From an uncultured Rikenellaceae bacterium (GTDB taxonomy: Bacteria; Bacteroidota; Bacteroidia; Bacteroidales; VadinHA17): a DNA stretch of 64,000 bases. The notes under the pieces are model-generated. The model saw nothing but the letters and a program-made list of their open reading frames with translations, searched no databases and had not been told where the DNA came from. Location: NCBI GenBank assembly GCA_964472085.1, contig CAYYIW010000013.1:1288-65287 (forward strand), given 5' to 3'. Position 1 is the stretch's first letter. Each line of letters begins with the position of its first letter. Below are positions 27,892-37,085 of this stretch, piece by piece. A program made the translations under genes and the position numbers.

Positions 27892-30863
27892 GTTTTATAG
27901 AAGGCATACCTGATCTTGAGAAGTTTGATTTCAGCGATACATCTTTCGACCTGCTGATGCAGAAGAGAATACATCATGTGCTGATAATTTGCAGTAACTA
28001 TGATAATTATATGCTGGAAGAGGATGGCCGTATCGATGAGCAGATATTTAATGAATACGCATCCCTGAACCTTCGTTATCCCCCCACTTTTGTCCAGACT
28101 GATAATGATAAGGACGCCTTCAGAATCCTTGAGGAAGGCAATATTGATCTTGTTATTTCAATGCTGAGTATTAAGGGCGCCGATGTCTTTGCCCTGGCAA
28201 AAAGGATCAAGGCAAGATATGAACATATCCCTATAGTTGTGCTGACATATTTTACCAGGGAAGTATCGATACGGCTTGAAGGTGAGGATCTTAGTGCCAT
28301 TGATTATGTCTTTTGCTGGCTTGGTGATACATCTCTGATACTGGCCATCATTAAGCTGATAGAGGATAAGATGAATGCCGACTATGATATTGAGAATGTA
28401 GGTGTACAGGCTATTATCCTTGTGGAGAACTCAGTAAGGTACATATCTTCCTATCTCCCAAATTTATATAAGATTGTGCTTATGCAATCTCTTGATTTTC
28501 AGAGTGAAGCTCTGAATGAGCACCAAAGAATGCTCAAGATGAGAGGTAGGCCGAAGATACTTCTTGCCAGCAATTTCGATGATGCTCTGGCATTATACAG
28601 GAAATATAAGTACAATGTACTAGGAATAATATCGGATATAAGCTATAAACGCGATGGTGTACAGGATGAGAAAGCGGGTATCGAATTGTGTAAGGTAGTA
28701 TTTGCAGATGATGACCAGGTGCCGTTTCTCCTTCAATCATCCAGTACTGCACATAAAAAGGATGCTGAAGGTCTTGGTGCAGGATTTATCAATAAATATT
28801 CAAAGACATTATCACTGGAGCTTCGCAATTATATCATTCAATATCTTGCTTTCGGTCCTTTTGTATTCAGAAATCCCGATACCCTCGAACCCATAGCAAT
28901 AGCAACTGACCTCCAGAACCTGCAGCAGAAGATTCTTTCTGTACCTGATAATACACTTGAATACCATGCTACACATAACCACTTCTCGAAATGGCTGAAT
29001 GCCAGGGCTCTTTTCCCTGTGGCACAGATGTTCAAATATATCAGGAAAGAGGATTTTGCCACGATGGACGAGATGAGACGTTTTCTTTATGTTGCCATCT
29101 CAAGTTTCCGTTTTGGTAAGGGACGGGGAGTAATTGCAAAATTCGACAAGTCAAGTTTCGATGAATACCAGATTTTCTCAAGAATAGGAGAAGGCTCAAT
29201 CGGAGGCAAGGCAAGGGGATTGGCTTTTATAAACAGTATAATTAAAACCCACAGGTTATTCAATAAATTTACGGATGTCCTGATAACAATACCAAGAACA
29301 GTCGTATTGAGTACCGATATCTTCGACGAGTTCATGGAACAGAATAATCTCTATTCCGTAGCTTTGTCGGACCTGCCGGATGAGGAGATACTAAACAGGT
29401 TCCTTGTTGCTGACCTGCCAGGGTATATATACCAGGATTTTTATGCTTTCCTGGGTGTCTCCAGGAACTTTCCGATTGCGGTGCGATCTTCATCTAAACT
29501 GGAAGATTCACATTACCAGCCTTTTGCAGGTATTTATTCCACGTACATGATACCCAGGCTGTCTGATAATAAATTGATGGTCAGGGTGTTATCTGACGCC
29601 ATTAAAGAAGTTTATGCATCGGTTTATTATAAAGCCAGCAAAGCATATATGAATGCTACCTCCAATGCTCTTGATGAGGAAAAGATGGGCATTATTCTCC
29701 AGGAAGTATGTGGTAACAGGCATGGTGAGATTTATTACCCGACACTATCCGGGGTGGCCCGTTCAATAAATTATTACCCTATCGGAGCAGAAAAAGCTGA
29801 AGATGGAATAGTAAATATAGGTTTGGGACTGGGGAAACTGATTGTGGAAGGAGGTTTATCACTGAGATTTTCACCAAAATATCCGAAAAAGATACTTCAG
29901 CTCTCATCTCCTGAAACTGCGCTTCGTGACACGCAGAAAGAATTTTTTGCCCTCGACCTGAATATCGACAGCTTTGTCCCTTCAACGGATGATGGTGTTA
30001 ATATACTTAAACTGGATATCAAGGATATTAACAATGAGAATGCTATGAAATATGCAGCCTCGGTCTATGACAGGAACAATAACATTTTGCGCGACGGGAT
30101 ATCCTATCCCGGGAAAAAGATCATCACTTTTTCCAATATATTACAGCACAAGATATTTCCCCTGGCCGACATTGTAAGTACCCTTCTTGAGATAGGACAA
30201 CGCGAGATGAACAATCCTGTGGAGATTGAATTTGCGGCTAACCTGGAGACACCCGCAGGAGCTCCCAGGATATTCAGTTTTCTTCAGATCAGGCCTATTG
30301 TATATTCAGAAGAAACGCAAAGTATAAATCTTGATGCTGTTAAGGAACAGGACACTATTTGTTTCTCAGAATCTGCACTTGGTAACGGATTCTTTAAGGG
30401 GATTTGCGATCTGGTCTATATCAGGCCTGAATCATTCAGTGCTACGAATAATAAAACAGTTGCTGATGAAATAGATAAACTTAATACAAGGTTTAATAGG
30501 GAAGGACGCAGTTATATTCTTATCGGTCCCGGACGGTGGGGTTCTACCGATCCATGGCTGGGGATCCCGGTCAAATGGCCCCAGATATCAGGGGCGAGGA
30601 TAATAATTGAGTCGGGATTAAAGAATTACAGGATAGATCCCAGCCAGGGCACCCATTTCTTTCAGAACCTGACCTCTTTCAGGGTGGGATATTTTACAAT
30701 AAATCCTTATATACATGAGGGTTACTATGATGTGGGTTTCCTCGACAGGCAGAAGTGCATTTACGAAAATGAATTTATCAGGCATGTCCGCTTTAAGGAA
30801 CCTCTTGAAATAATGATTGACGGACGTTCACACAGGGGAGCGATCCTTAAACCAAAAATTTAG
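27888..30863 (+). CDS. Paralog of the preceding gene without the N-terminal sensor module: pseudo-receiver, receiver-like domain, PPDK_N-type ATP-grasp domain, unknown C-terminal domain
   Basis: 991 aa. Its ATG overlaps the upstream TGA (ATGA at 27888-27891). Motifs: VLIICSNYDNY, AIILVENS, GIISDISY (Asp codon at 28635), GGKARGLAF (29202-29228), VRSSSKLEDS (from 29481), EIEFAAN...FLQIRP and GPGRWGSTD (from 30525). Confidence 0.85.
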   Translation: MSFIEGIPDLEKFDFSDTSFDLLMQKRIHHVLIICSNYDNYMLEEDGRIDEQIFNEYASLNLRYPPTFVQTDNDKDAFRILEEGNIDLVISMLSIKGADVFALAKRIKARYEHIPIVVLTYFTREVSIRLEGEDLSAIDYVFCWLGDTSLILAIIKLIEDKMNADYDIENVGVQAIILVENSVRYISSYLPNLYKIVLMQSLDFQSEALNEHQRMLKMRGRPKILLASNFDDALALYRKYKYNVLGIISDISYKRDGVQDEKAGIELCKVVFADDDQVPFLLQSSSTAHKKDAEGLGAGFINKYSKTLSLELRNYIIQYLAFGPFVFRNPDTLEPIAIATDLQNLQQKILSVPDNTLEYHATHNHFSKWLNARALFPVAQMFKYIRKEDFATMDEMRRFLYVAISSFRFGKGRGVIAKFDKSSFDEYQIFSRIGEGSIGGKARGLAFINSIIKTHRLFNKFTDVLITIPRTVVLSTDIFDEFMEQNNLYSVALSDLPDEEILNRFLVADLPGYIYQDFYAFLGVSRNFPIAVRSSSKLEDSHYQPFAGIYSTYMIPRLSDNKLMVRVLSDAIKEVYASVYYKASKAYMNATSNALDEEKMGIILQEVCGNRHGEIYYPTLSGVARSINYYPIGAEKAEDGIVNIGLGLGKLIVEGGLSLRFSPKYPKKILQLSSPETALRDTQKEFFALDLNIDSFVPSTDDGVNILKLDIKDINNENAMKYAASVYDRNNNILRDGISYPGKKIITFSNILQHKIFPLADIVSTLLEIGQREMNNPVEIEFAANLETPAGAPRIFSFLQIRPIVYSEETQSINLDAVKEQDTICFSESALGNGFFKGICDLVYIRPESFSATNNKTVADEIDKLNTRFNREGRSYILIGPGRWGSTDPWLGIPVKWPQISGARIIIESGLKNYRIDPSQGTHFFQNLTSFRVGYFTINPYIHEGYYDVGFLDRQKCIYENEFIRHVRFKEPLEIMIDGRSHRGAILKPKI

Positions 30864-30877
30864 ATCGTTTCCCTGAT

Positions 30878-31759
30878 TCAGAATACTGCCGCTTCCGTTA
30901 TTACATCACCACTGACTTTTTTTATCAGGCCCTGCAATACATTGCCAGGACCCACTTCAATGAAGGTGTCGGCACCGTCACCTATCATGTTCTTAATACT
31001 CTGGGTCCATTTTACAGGTGAAGTAAGTTGTGATATAAGATTGGTTTTTATTATGACGGGGTCAATTGAAGATAATGCATTAACATTCTGATATACAGGG
31101 CATGCAGGTATACTAAAGCTGGTGTTGTTTATGGCTTCCTCGAGTTCCAGGCGGGCAGGCTCCATCAAAGGAGAATGGAAAGCACCGCCTACTGTCAGCT
31201 TAAGAGCTCTCTTCGCACCTTTCTCCTTAAGGAGTTCTATGGCTGCATCGATCCCTTTTTCTGAGCCGGAGATGACAATCTGCCCGGGACTGTTATAGTT
31301 GGCCGGAACAACGATCTCCTTTATTGAGTCGCATACCTCTTCAACTACAGCATCATCCAGTCCAAGAATCGCTGCCATGGTGGAAGGCGTTAATTCACAG
31401 GCTTTCTGCATGGCCCGGGCCCTTTTGTAGACCAGGAGAAGTCCGTCTTCAAAAGAAAGTGTCTTGTTGGCAACAAGGGCAGAAAACTCTCCCAGTGAAT
31501 GACCTGCAACCATATCAGGTTTAAAATTGTCTCCCATGATTGCTGCGAGAATAGTTGAATGCAGAAAAATGGCTGGCTGTGTTACTCTAGTCTGTTTCAG
31601 ATCTTCAACAGTACCCTCGAACATCAGGTCTGTAATACTGAATCCCAGTATTTTATCTGCTTTCATAAATAAATCACGGGCAAGATCCGATTTGTCGAAA
31701 AGATCTTTTCCCATACCCGGATACTGGGCTCCCTGTCCGGGGAATACATATGCTTTCAT
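30878..31759 (-). CDS. fabD: Malonyl-CoA:ACP transacylase
   Basis: FPGQGAQYPGMG, the GHSLGEFSAL nucleophile motif and GAFHSPLM. Confidence 0.95.
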   Translation of the reverse strand: MKAYVFPGQGAQYPGMGKDLFDKSDLARDLFMKADKILGFSITDLMFEGTVEDLKQTRVTQPAIFLHSTILAAIMGDNFKPDMVAGHSLGEFSALVANKTLSFEDGLLLVYKRARAMQKACELTPSTMAAILGLDDAVVEEVCDSIKEIVVPANYNSPGQIVISGSEKGIDAAIELLKEKGAKRALKLTVGGAFHSPLMEPARLELEEAINNTSFSIPACPVYQNVNALSSIDPVIIKTNLISQLTSPVKWTQSIKNMIGDGADTFIEVGPGNVLQGLIKKVSGDVITEAAVF

Positions 31760-31783
31760 GGTGTAAAAGTTTTAAAAGAATTC

Positions 31784-32440
31784 TTAGTGTAATCTGGATC
31801 CGATAAGGTGTATGAATTCTTCCCTGGTATTAAGTTCCCTCAGGAATATCCCGGTAAAGGCGGAAGTTGTTGTTACAGAATTCTGTTTCTGGATACCACG
31901 TATCTGCATACACATATGCTGAGCTTCGATTACCACGGCAACACCTATTGGATTTAGACATTCCTGAATGCAGTTACGTATCTGGGTTGTTAACCTTTCC
32001 TGTACCTGGAGCCTTCTGCTGAATGCTTCAACGACCCTGGCTATTTTACTGAGTCCTGTGATATAACCGTCAGGAATATATGCAACATGGGCTTTTCCGA
32101 AAAAAGGAAGCATATGATGTTCGCACATCGAGTAAAGGTCAATATCCTTTACGATTACCATTTGTTTATATTCCTCTTTGAATTTGGCCGAATTGATTAT
32201 ATTACAGGGATTCTGGGAATATCCCATTGTCAGGAATGTAAGAGCCTTGGCCACTCTTTCAGGCGTTTTAAGAAGACCTTCCCTGTCCGGATCTTCACCT
32301 ATAAGTTCCAGTACACGATAGTAAATGCCTGAGAGTTCTTCGATTTTTTCCGGATCCCATATTTCCTGTTTTGAATAACCATTGTTCCCGGCAGGTGTGG
32401 AACATGTCGTTTCATTGACTTTTTTATCCATAATATTCAA
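31784..32440 (-). CDS. folE: GTP cyclohydrolase I
   Basis: [25 protein letters not shown] and HMCM motifs. It overlaps the queD 3' end. Confidence 0.9.
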   Translation of the reverse strand: MNIMDKKVNETTCSTPAGNNGYSKQEIWDPEKIEELSGIYYRVLELIGEDPDREGLLKTPERVAKALTFLTMGYSQNPCNIINSAKFKEEYKQMVIVKDIDLYSMCEHHMLPFFGKAHVAYIPDGYITGLSKIARVVEAFSRRLQVQERLTTQIRNCIQECLNPIGVAVVIEAQHMCMQIRGIQKQNSVTTTSAFTGIFLRELNTREEFIHLIGSRLH

Positions 32441-32834
32441 TTGTATTGTTTTCCGTTTCCTGGATCCTCACACAGTGTAAAAATATCCCATCCTTTTCAA
32501 TCTCAGGTATCAGTTCATTCCAGATTGCCACTGCAAGATTTTCTGTGGTAGCAATTTTACCTTTCATAAAGTCAACCTCCGTGTTAATATTTTTATGATC
32601 CAGCTTGCTGATCACTTTATCGAGGATAATTCTTTTAAGCGTGTCTATATTCATAACAAAACCATAGTCCTCCGACATCTCTCCTTTGATTGTTACCCAG
32701 AGTATGTAATTATGGCCGTGCCAGTTAGGATTTGAGCATTTTCCGAATACCCTGCTGTTCACCTCATCAGACCAGTCTTCCCGGAACATTCGGTGTGCTG
32801 CACTGAACCTTTCTCTTCGGGTTAGGTATATCAT
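32424..32834 (-). CDS. queD: 6-carboxy-5,6,7,8-tetrahydropterin synthase / 6-pyruvoyl-tetrahydropterin synthase family
   Basis: FSAAHR and [11 protein letters not shown] (Cys plus the HGH zinc motif). Coupled to folE. Confidence 0.8.
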   Translation of the reverse strand: MIYLTRRERFSAAHRMFREDWSDEVNSRVFGKCSNPNWHGHNYILWVTIKGEMSEDYGFVMNIDTLKRIILDKVISKLDHKNINTEVDFMKGKIATTENLAVAIWNELIPEIEKDGIFLHCVRIQETENNTIEYYG

Positions 32835-32946
32835 GCTGATTATTATTTATGTTACAATATTAACCAATAATTTTCATCTTTCTGACCCATAAATGCAATA
32901 TCTTTACAGACCTGGGAATAACAAAAGCCAGTTATATGAACTAACC

Positions 32947-33636
32947 ATGTCACTAAGAATTCTTATCGTAACGGCTACTGTACCGGAGGCAGAGATCATA
33001 AGGAACCTCGGTGGAGATCACGCACATGGGAGGCCTTTAATTTTCGGGAACTATAAGATAGATGTCCTTGTTACCGGTGTTGGTGCAATGGCTACTTCAT
33101 GGTCTTTGCATCAATGGATATCCTCCAAAGGCAAACCTCACCTGGCAATTAATGCAGGGATTGCCGGCAGTTACAGGGACGATATAAATAAAGGTGATGT
33201 GGTGATGCCTGTTACAGACTGTTTTGCTGATGCCGGCATAGAAGACGGGAAGAAATTTCTTACCCTTCATGAAGCGGGTCTTACGAGCAAGGATGATTTC
33301 CCGTTCCGTCAGGGACTGCTTCATGCTGATGATACATACAGGGAACTGCTGAAAAGCAGCATAAGACCTGTGAATGCAATAACTGTTAATACGGCTACGG
33401 GATCCGATATAACAATGGGGAAGCTGGTTGATAAATATTATCCTGATATCGAGACGATGGAAGGCGCCACTTTTTTCTATATTTGCCTGATGGAAAATAT
33501 CCCTTTCCTCGCTTTGAGGGCTGTTTCCAATAAAGTCGAAACCCGTAACAGGAAAAACTGGGATATTAAACTGGCCCTGGATAACCTGTCGGAAAAGTTT
33601 AAGGAAGTTATAATTAATTTTGACTTAAGTATATGA
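32947..33636 (+). CDS. mqnB: Futalosine hydrolase (PNP/UDP-phosphorylase-fold nucleosidase)
   Basis: Nucleosidase-like ILIVTAT...VTGVG...AGIAGS...METMEGA pattern. It has an ATGA overlap with mqnD. The ATG at 32947 is preferred over 32893. Confidence 0.7.
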   Translation: MSLRILIVTATVPEAEIIRNLGGDHAHGRPLIFGNYKIDVLVTGVGAMATSWSLHQWISSKGKPHLAINAGIAGSYRDDINKGDVVMPVTDCFADAGIEDGKKFLTLHEAGLTSKDDFPFRQGLLHADDTYRELLKSSIRPVNAITVNTATGSDITMGKLVDKYYPDIETMEGATFFYICLMENIPFLALRAVSNKVETRNRKNWDIKLALDNLSEKFKEVIINFDLSI

Positions 33637-34463
33637 AACTGACGCTGGGTTTCTCACCTTGTCCGAATGACACATTCATTTTTGATGCCATGGTCCACGG
33701 AAGGATAGACACTGAGGGACTTGAGTTTGATTATTTTCTTGCAGATGTTGAAGAGCTCAACAGGAAAGCACTGGATTCAACGGTAGACATAACTAAAATA
33801 AGTTATCATGCATATGCATATGTGGCTGATAATTACCTGATCCTTGACTCCGGAAGTGCCCTTGGTCATCATAATGGCCCGTTGCTGATAAGCAAGAAAA
33901 TAATTGAACCGTCAACAATACCCGGGCTCAGGATTGCTATTCCCGGTAAGATGACAACGGCAAATCTACTTTTCAGTATAGCATGGCCTGATGCCCTGAA
34001 CAAGACTGAGTACCTTTTTTCAGATATTGAAGATGCCCTGCTTAATGAGGAAGTGGATGCGGGACTGATAATTCACGAGACCAGATTCACCTATTACAGG
34101 AAGGGATTGCACAAGATCGCTGATATGGGCCAGTACTGGGAAAAGGAAACAGGGCTAACTATCCCTCTTGGTGCCATAGTAATAAACAGGTCTGTTCCGG
34201 AAAATGTCGCTCTTAAGGTTAACCGTATACTAAGGAGAAGTCTCGAGTACGCATATAAAGACTCATTTGCCTCTTATGATTTTGTAGCCGATAATGCGAA
34301 AGAAATGGATAGCAGTGTGATGAACAGCCATATTAAGCTATATGTTAACGAATATTCGCTGGACCTTGGTGAAAAAGGCAGAAATGCTATCCGTGGTCTA
34401 TACAGGATAGCCGGCGAAAAGGGTGTTATACCTTCATTACCCGAAAAGATATTCCTTACCTAA
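33633..34463 (+). CDS. mqnD: 1,4-dihydroxy-6-naphthoate synthase
   Basis: MKLTLGFSPCPNDTFIFDAMVHGRID is the typical MqnD N-terminus. Periplasmic-binding-like fold, 276 aa. Confidence 0.85.
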   Translation: MKLTLGFSPCPNDTFIFDAMVHGRIDTEGLEFDYFLADVEELNRKALDSTVDITKISYHAYAYVADNYLILDSGSALGHHNGPLLISKKIIEPSTIPGLRIAIPGKMTTANLLFSIAWPDALNKTEYLFSDIEDALLNEEVDAGLIIHETRFTYYRKGLHKIADMGQYWEKETGLTIPLGAIVINRSVPENVALKVNRILRRSLEYAYKDSFASYDFVADNAKEMDSSVMNSHIKLYVNEYSLDLGEKGRNAIRGLYRIAGEKGVIPSLPEKIFLT

Positions 34464-34490
34464 TTGTACACCGTTCCAGTATAAAAATGT

Positions 34491-34498
34491 TATCTTTG
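34491..34498 (+). promoter_or_regulatory. Candidate -7 box TATCTTTG upstream of the superoxide dismutase gene
   Basis: Matches TAnnTTTG and ends 67 nt before the ATG. Confidence 0.35.
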
Positions 34499-34565
34499 AA
34501 CTTAGTGAATAGTACATTGTTTGAATAGTATGTAGTATAATTAATAATCCAAAAAGATTTTTATT

Positions 34566-35147
34566 ATGGCATTTGAATTACCAAAATTACCTTACAAATT
34601 AGATGCTCTTGTTCCTTATATTAGTGAGGAGACCCTTGATTTCCATTATGGTAAGCATCATCAGGCATATGTAAATAATCTCAATGGGCTCATTCCGGGT
34701 ACTGAATTTGAAAAAGTCAACCTGGAAATGATCATTAAAAAAGCTGAAGGGGGAATTTACAATAATGCAGCACAGGTTTGGAATCATACCTTCTATTTTG
34801 AATCATTTGCAAAAGGCGGGAGAAAAGCTCCTGTCGGAGCTCTTGCCGATGCCATTAATGCATCATTTGGTTCTTTTGATGCTTTTAAGGAGCAGTTCAA
34901 CAAGGCTGCCGGTACTCTTTTCGGTGCAGGATGGGCGTGGCTCGCCGGCAAAGATGATGGTACACTGCAGATAGTACAGGAATCAAATGCAGGAAACCCC
35001 TTGCGGAAAGGGATGAAACCTGTAATCACATGCGATGTTTGGGAACATGCTTATTATATTGATTACAGGAATAAGCGCCCGGATTATATCAAATCATTCT
35101 GGGAGATACTCGATTGGGATATTATAGCCAAACGTTACGAAAAATAA
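34566..35147 (+). CDS. sodB: Fe/Mn-family superoxide dismutase (metal specificity not determinable by eye)
   Basis: Motifs LPYKLDALVPYIS, HYGKHHQAYV and DVWEHAYYIDY. Confidence 0.9.
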   Translation: MAFELPKLPYKLDALVPYISEETLDFHYGKHHQAYVNNLNGLIPGTEFEKVNLEMIIKKAEGGIYNNAAQVWNHTFYFESFAKGGRKAPVGALADAINASFGSFDAFKEQFNKAAGTLFGAGWAWLAGKDDGTLQIVQESNAGNPLRKGMKPVITCDVWEHAYYIDYRNKRPDYIKSFWEILDWDIIAKRYEK

Positions 35148-35158
35148 ACTAATCCATA

Positions 35159-35204
35159 CAACCTTATACAATTTTCAAGATCGGTTTCAAGGTTGAATTT
35201 TTTT
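35159..35204 (+). terminator. Candidate intrinsic terminator downstream of sod
   Basis: A 7-bp stem CAACCTT/AAGGTTG (35159-35165 with 35189-35195) and a long 23-nt loop, followed by T7 (35198-35204). A second hairpin plus T-run lies at 35228-35265. Confidence 0.4.
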
Positions 35205-35482
35205 ACGTTCGATACAGTAATTTTAAGATCCCGGGGAATTCTGAATTTTCCGGGGTTTCATTTTTCAACCGGGTAATGAAAGCAGATCATTTTGTTTAAT
35301 ACAGCAGGAACACAATCCTTTGATCCTTTCCCGGGCAAAGGCTTCTGCCCGTGTCTTATGAAGATGTTCACGGGTGAACTATAAGCTTTCTGCATTGTTC
35401 ACAAAATAGGAAGATGTAATGATTATTTTGATCAATTTTTATTAAATTGCCCGGGTTACTTAAACCCGAAAAAATATAATCA

Positions 35483-37057
35483 ATGAAGAAAATCCTACTG
35501 TTATTTGTTGGCCTTATGTTTGTTGTAAATACTGCTTTACCTCAACAAAATAAAGTTATTGACAAGATCATAGAACTTGGTAAAACAGATAACCGGACAA
35601 TGAATCACCTTGATGTTATTACCAACCGTTTCGGGGGACGCCTGGTGGGTTCTGATGCCTATGCAAATGCGGCATCGTGGTGTGCCTCTGAATTTCGTAA
35701 ATGGGGAATGAATGTTATAATTGATGAAGCGGGCACTGTGCCGGTAGGATTTGACCGTGGTCCATGGTTTGGCAGGATGTTATCAGATAACGGTATGATA
35801 CTCCATTTTGCCACTCCGTCATATACTTCTGGGACAAAAGGCGTGGAAAGAGGACCAGTTCTTATTGAACCCAGGACCACTGCCGAGTTTGAAAATATGA
35901 AGGGAGCTTTAAAAGGGTCATGGGTACTTATTTCGGGGCAAAACAGCGGATGGCCTGTAGATATATCATCAAGGGCAGATTCGATGAGAGCCCGTATCAT
36001 AGCCTGGAATGATTCAGTAACAAGGATCAACAGGCAGATCATGGGAGAGAATCGCAGGAATCGTGGAGAACCACAGAAACCGCTTCTGGAACTGAAAGAC
36101 GAACCAGCTTTGTTCTACAGCCAGATGCGTGATGCCGGGATACTTGGCATTATCCAGTCATCACCGGTTCCGATCAGGGCTCTTTATGACAGGAAGAACC
36201 TTGATAATATGACTTTTGATAACCTGCCAACTGTTTGCGACATCAAACTTGATGAGCATCAGTACGATATTATCAAACAAATGGCTAAAGAACGCCGGTA
36301 TTTCCTCCTTGAGTTTGATATCAGGAATCATTTTAAGCCGGGTCCTGTGGCTTATCATAATATTATTGGTGTTATCAGGGGAACAAAATATCCTGATCAG
36401 TATGTTATGATGGGTGCTCATCTTGATGCTTTCGATGTAGCTACAGGCGGTGTTGATGATGGATCGGGAGTGGCTCCGGTGATGGAGGCAGCTAGATTGA
36501 TAATGGCAGCCGGTGGCAAGCCGGAACGTACTATACTCGTCTGTTTATGGGCCGGAGAAGAGTTTGGCCTTTTTGGCTCCAAACATTGGGTTGAGGCTAA
36601 TAAAGCCAAATTGTCAGATATATCAAACTACTTCAATCGCGATGGCGGACCTACTGTTGCTACGGGTCTGACTGTTCCGGGAGCTATGTACGACGATTTC
36701 AAGAAGATATGCAAACATCTGAACAGTATTAATCCTGATTTTCCGTTCACACTGAAAAAAAGGACTTCACCTCCGCGTCCGCGTCCGACAAGGGCAGGGG
36801 GATCTGATCATGCATATTTTGCGATGAATGGTGTACCTACTTTAAGTTTTGATATCCCTGATGCAAAGGGATTAAACTTTAACTACGGAGAGATATGGCA
36901 TACGGAAAGGGATACTTATACCAAGAGTATTCCTGAGTATGAAAAGCACACAGCTGTTGTTACGGCCGTTGTAGTATATGGTGTGGCTAACCTCGATCAC
37001 CTTCTTTCAAGAGACGGGCTGTATGAGGAAAACAAAGAAGATAATAGTAAAAAATAA
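35483..37057 (+). CDS. M28-family aminopeptidase with PA-like insert
   Basis: Signal peptide, zinc-ligand regions GAHLDAFDVATGGVDDGSG and WAGEEFGLFGS, and GGSDH. Confidence 0.85.
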   Translation: MKKILLLFVGLMFVVNTALPQQNKVIDKIIELGKTDNRTMNHLDVITNRFGGRLVGSDAYANAASWCASEFRKWGMNVIIDEAGTVPVGFDRGPWFGRMLSDNGMILHFATPSYTSGTKGVERGPVLIEPRTTAEFENMKGALKGSWVLISGQNSGWPVDISSRADSMRARIIAWNDSVTRINRQIMGENRRNRGEPQKPLLELKDEPALFYSQMRDAGILGIIQSSPVPIRALYDRKNLDNMTFDNLPTVCDIKLDEHQYDIIKQMAKERRYFLLEFDIRNHFKPGPVAYHNIIGVIRGTKYPDQYVMMGAHLDAFDVATGGVDDGSGVAPVMEAARLIMAAGGKPERTILVCLWAGEEFGLFGSKHWVEANKAKLSDISNYFNRDGGPTVATGLTVPGAMYDDFKKICKHLNSINPDFPFTLKKRTSPPRPRPTRAGGSDHAYFAMNGVPTLSFDIPDAKGLNFNYGEIWHTERDTYTKSIPEYEKHTAVVTAVVVYGVANLDHLLSRDGLYEENKEDNSKK

Positions 37058-37085
37058 CCAGTTAGTAACTTAAAATATCTGAAAG

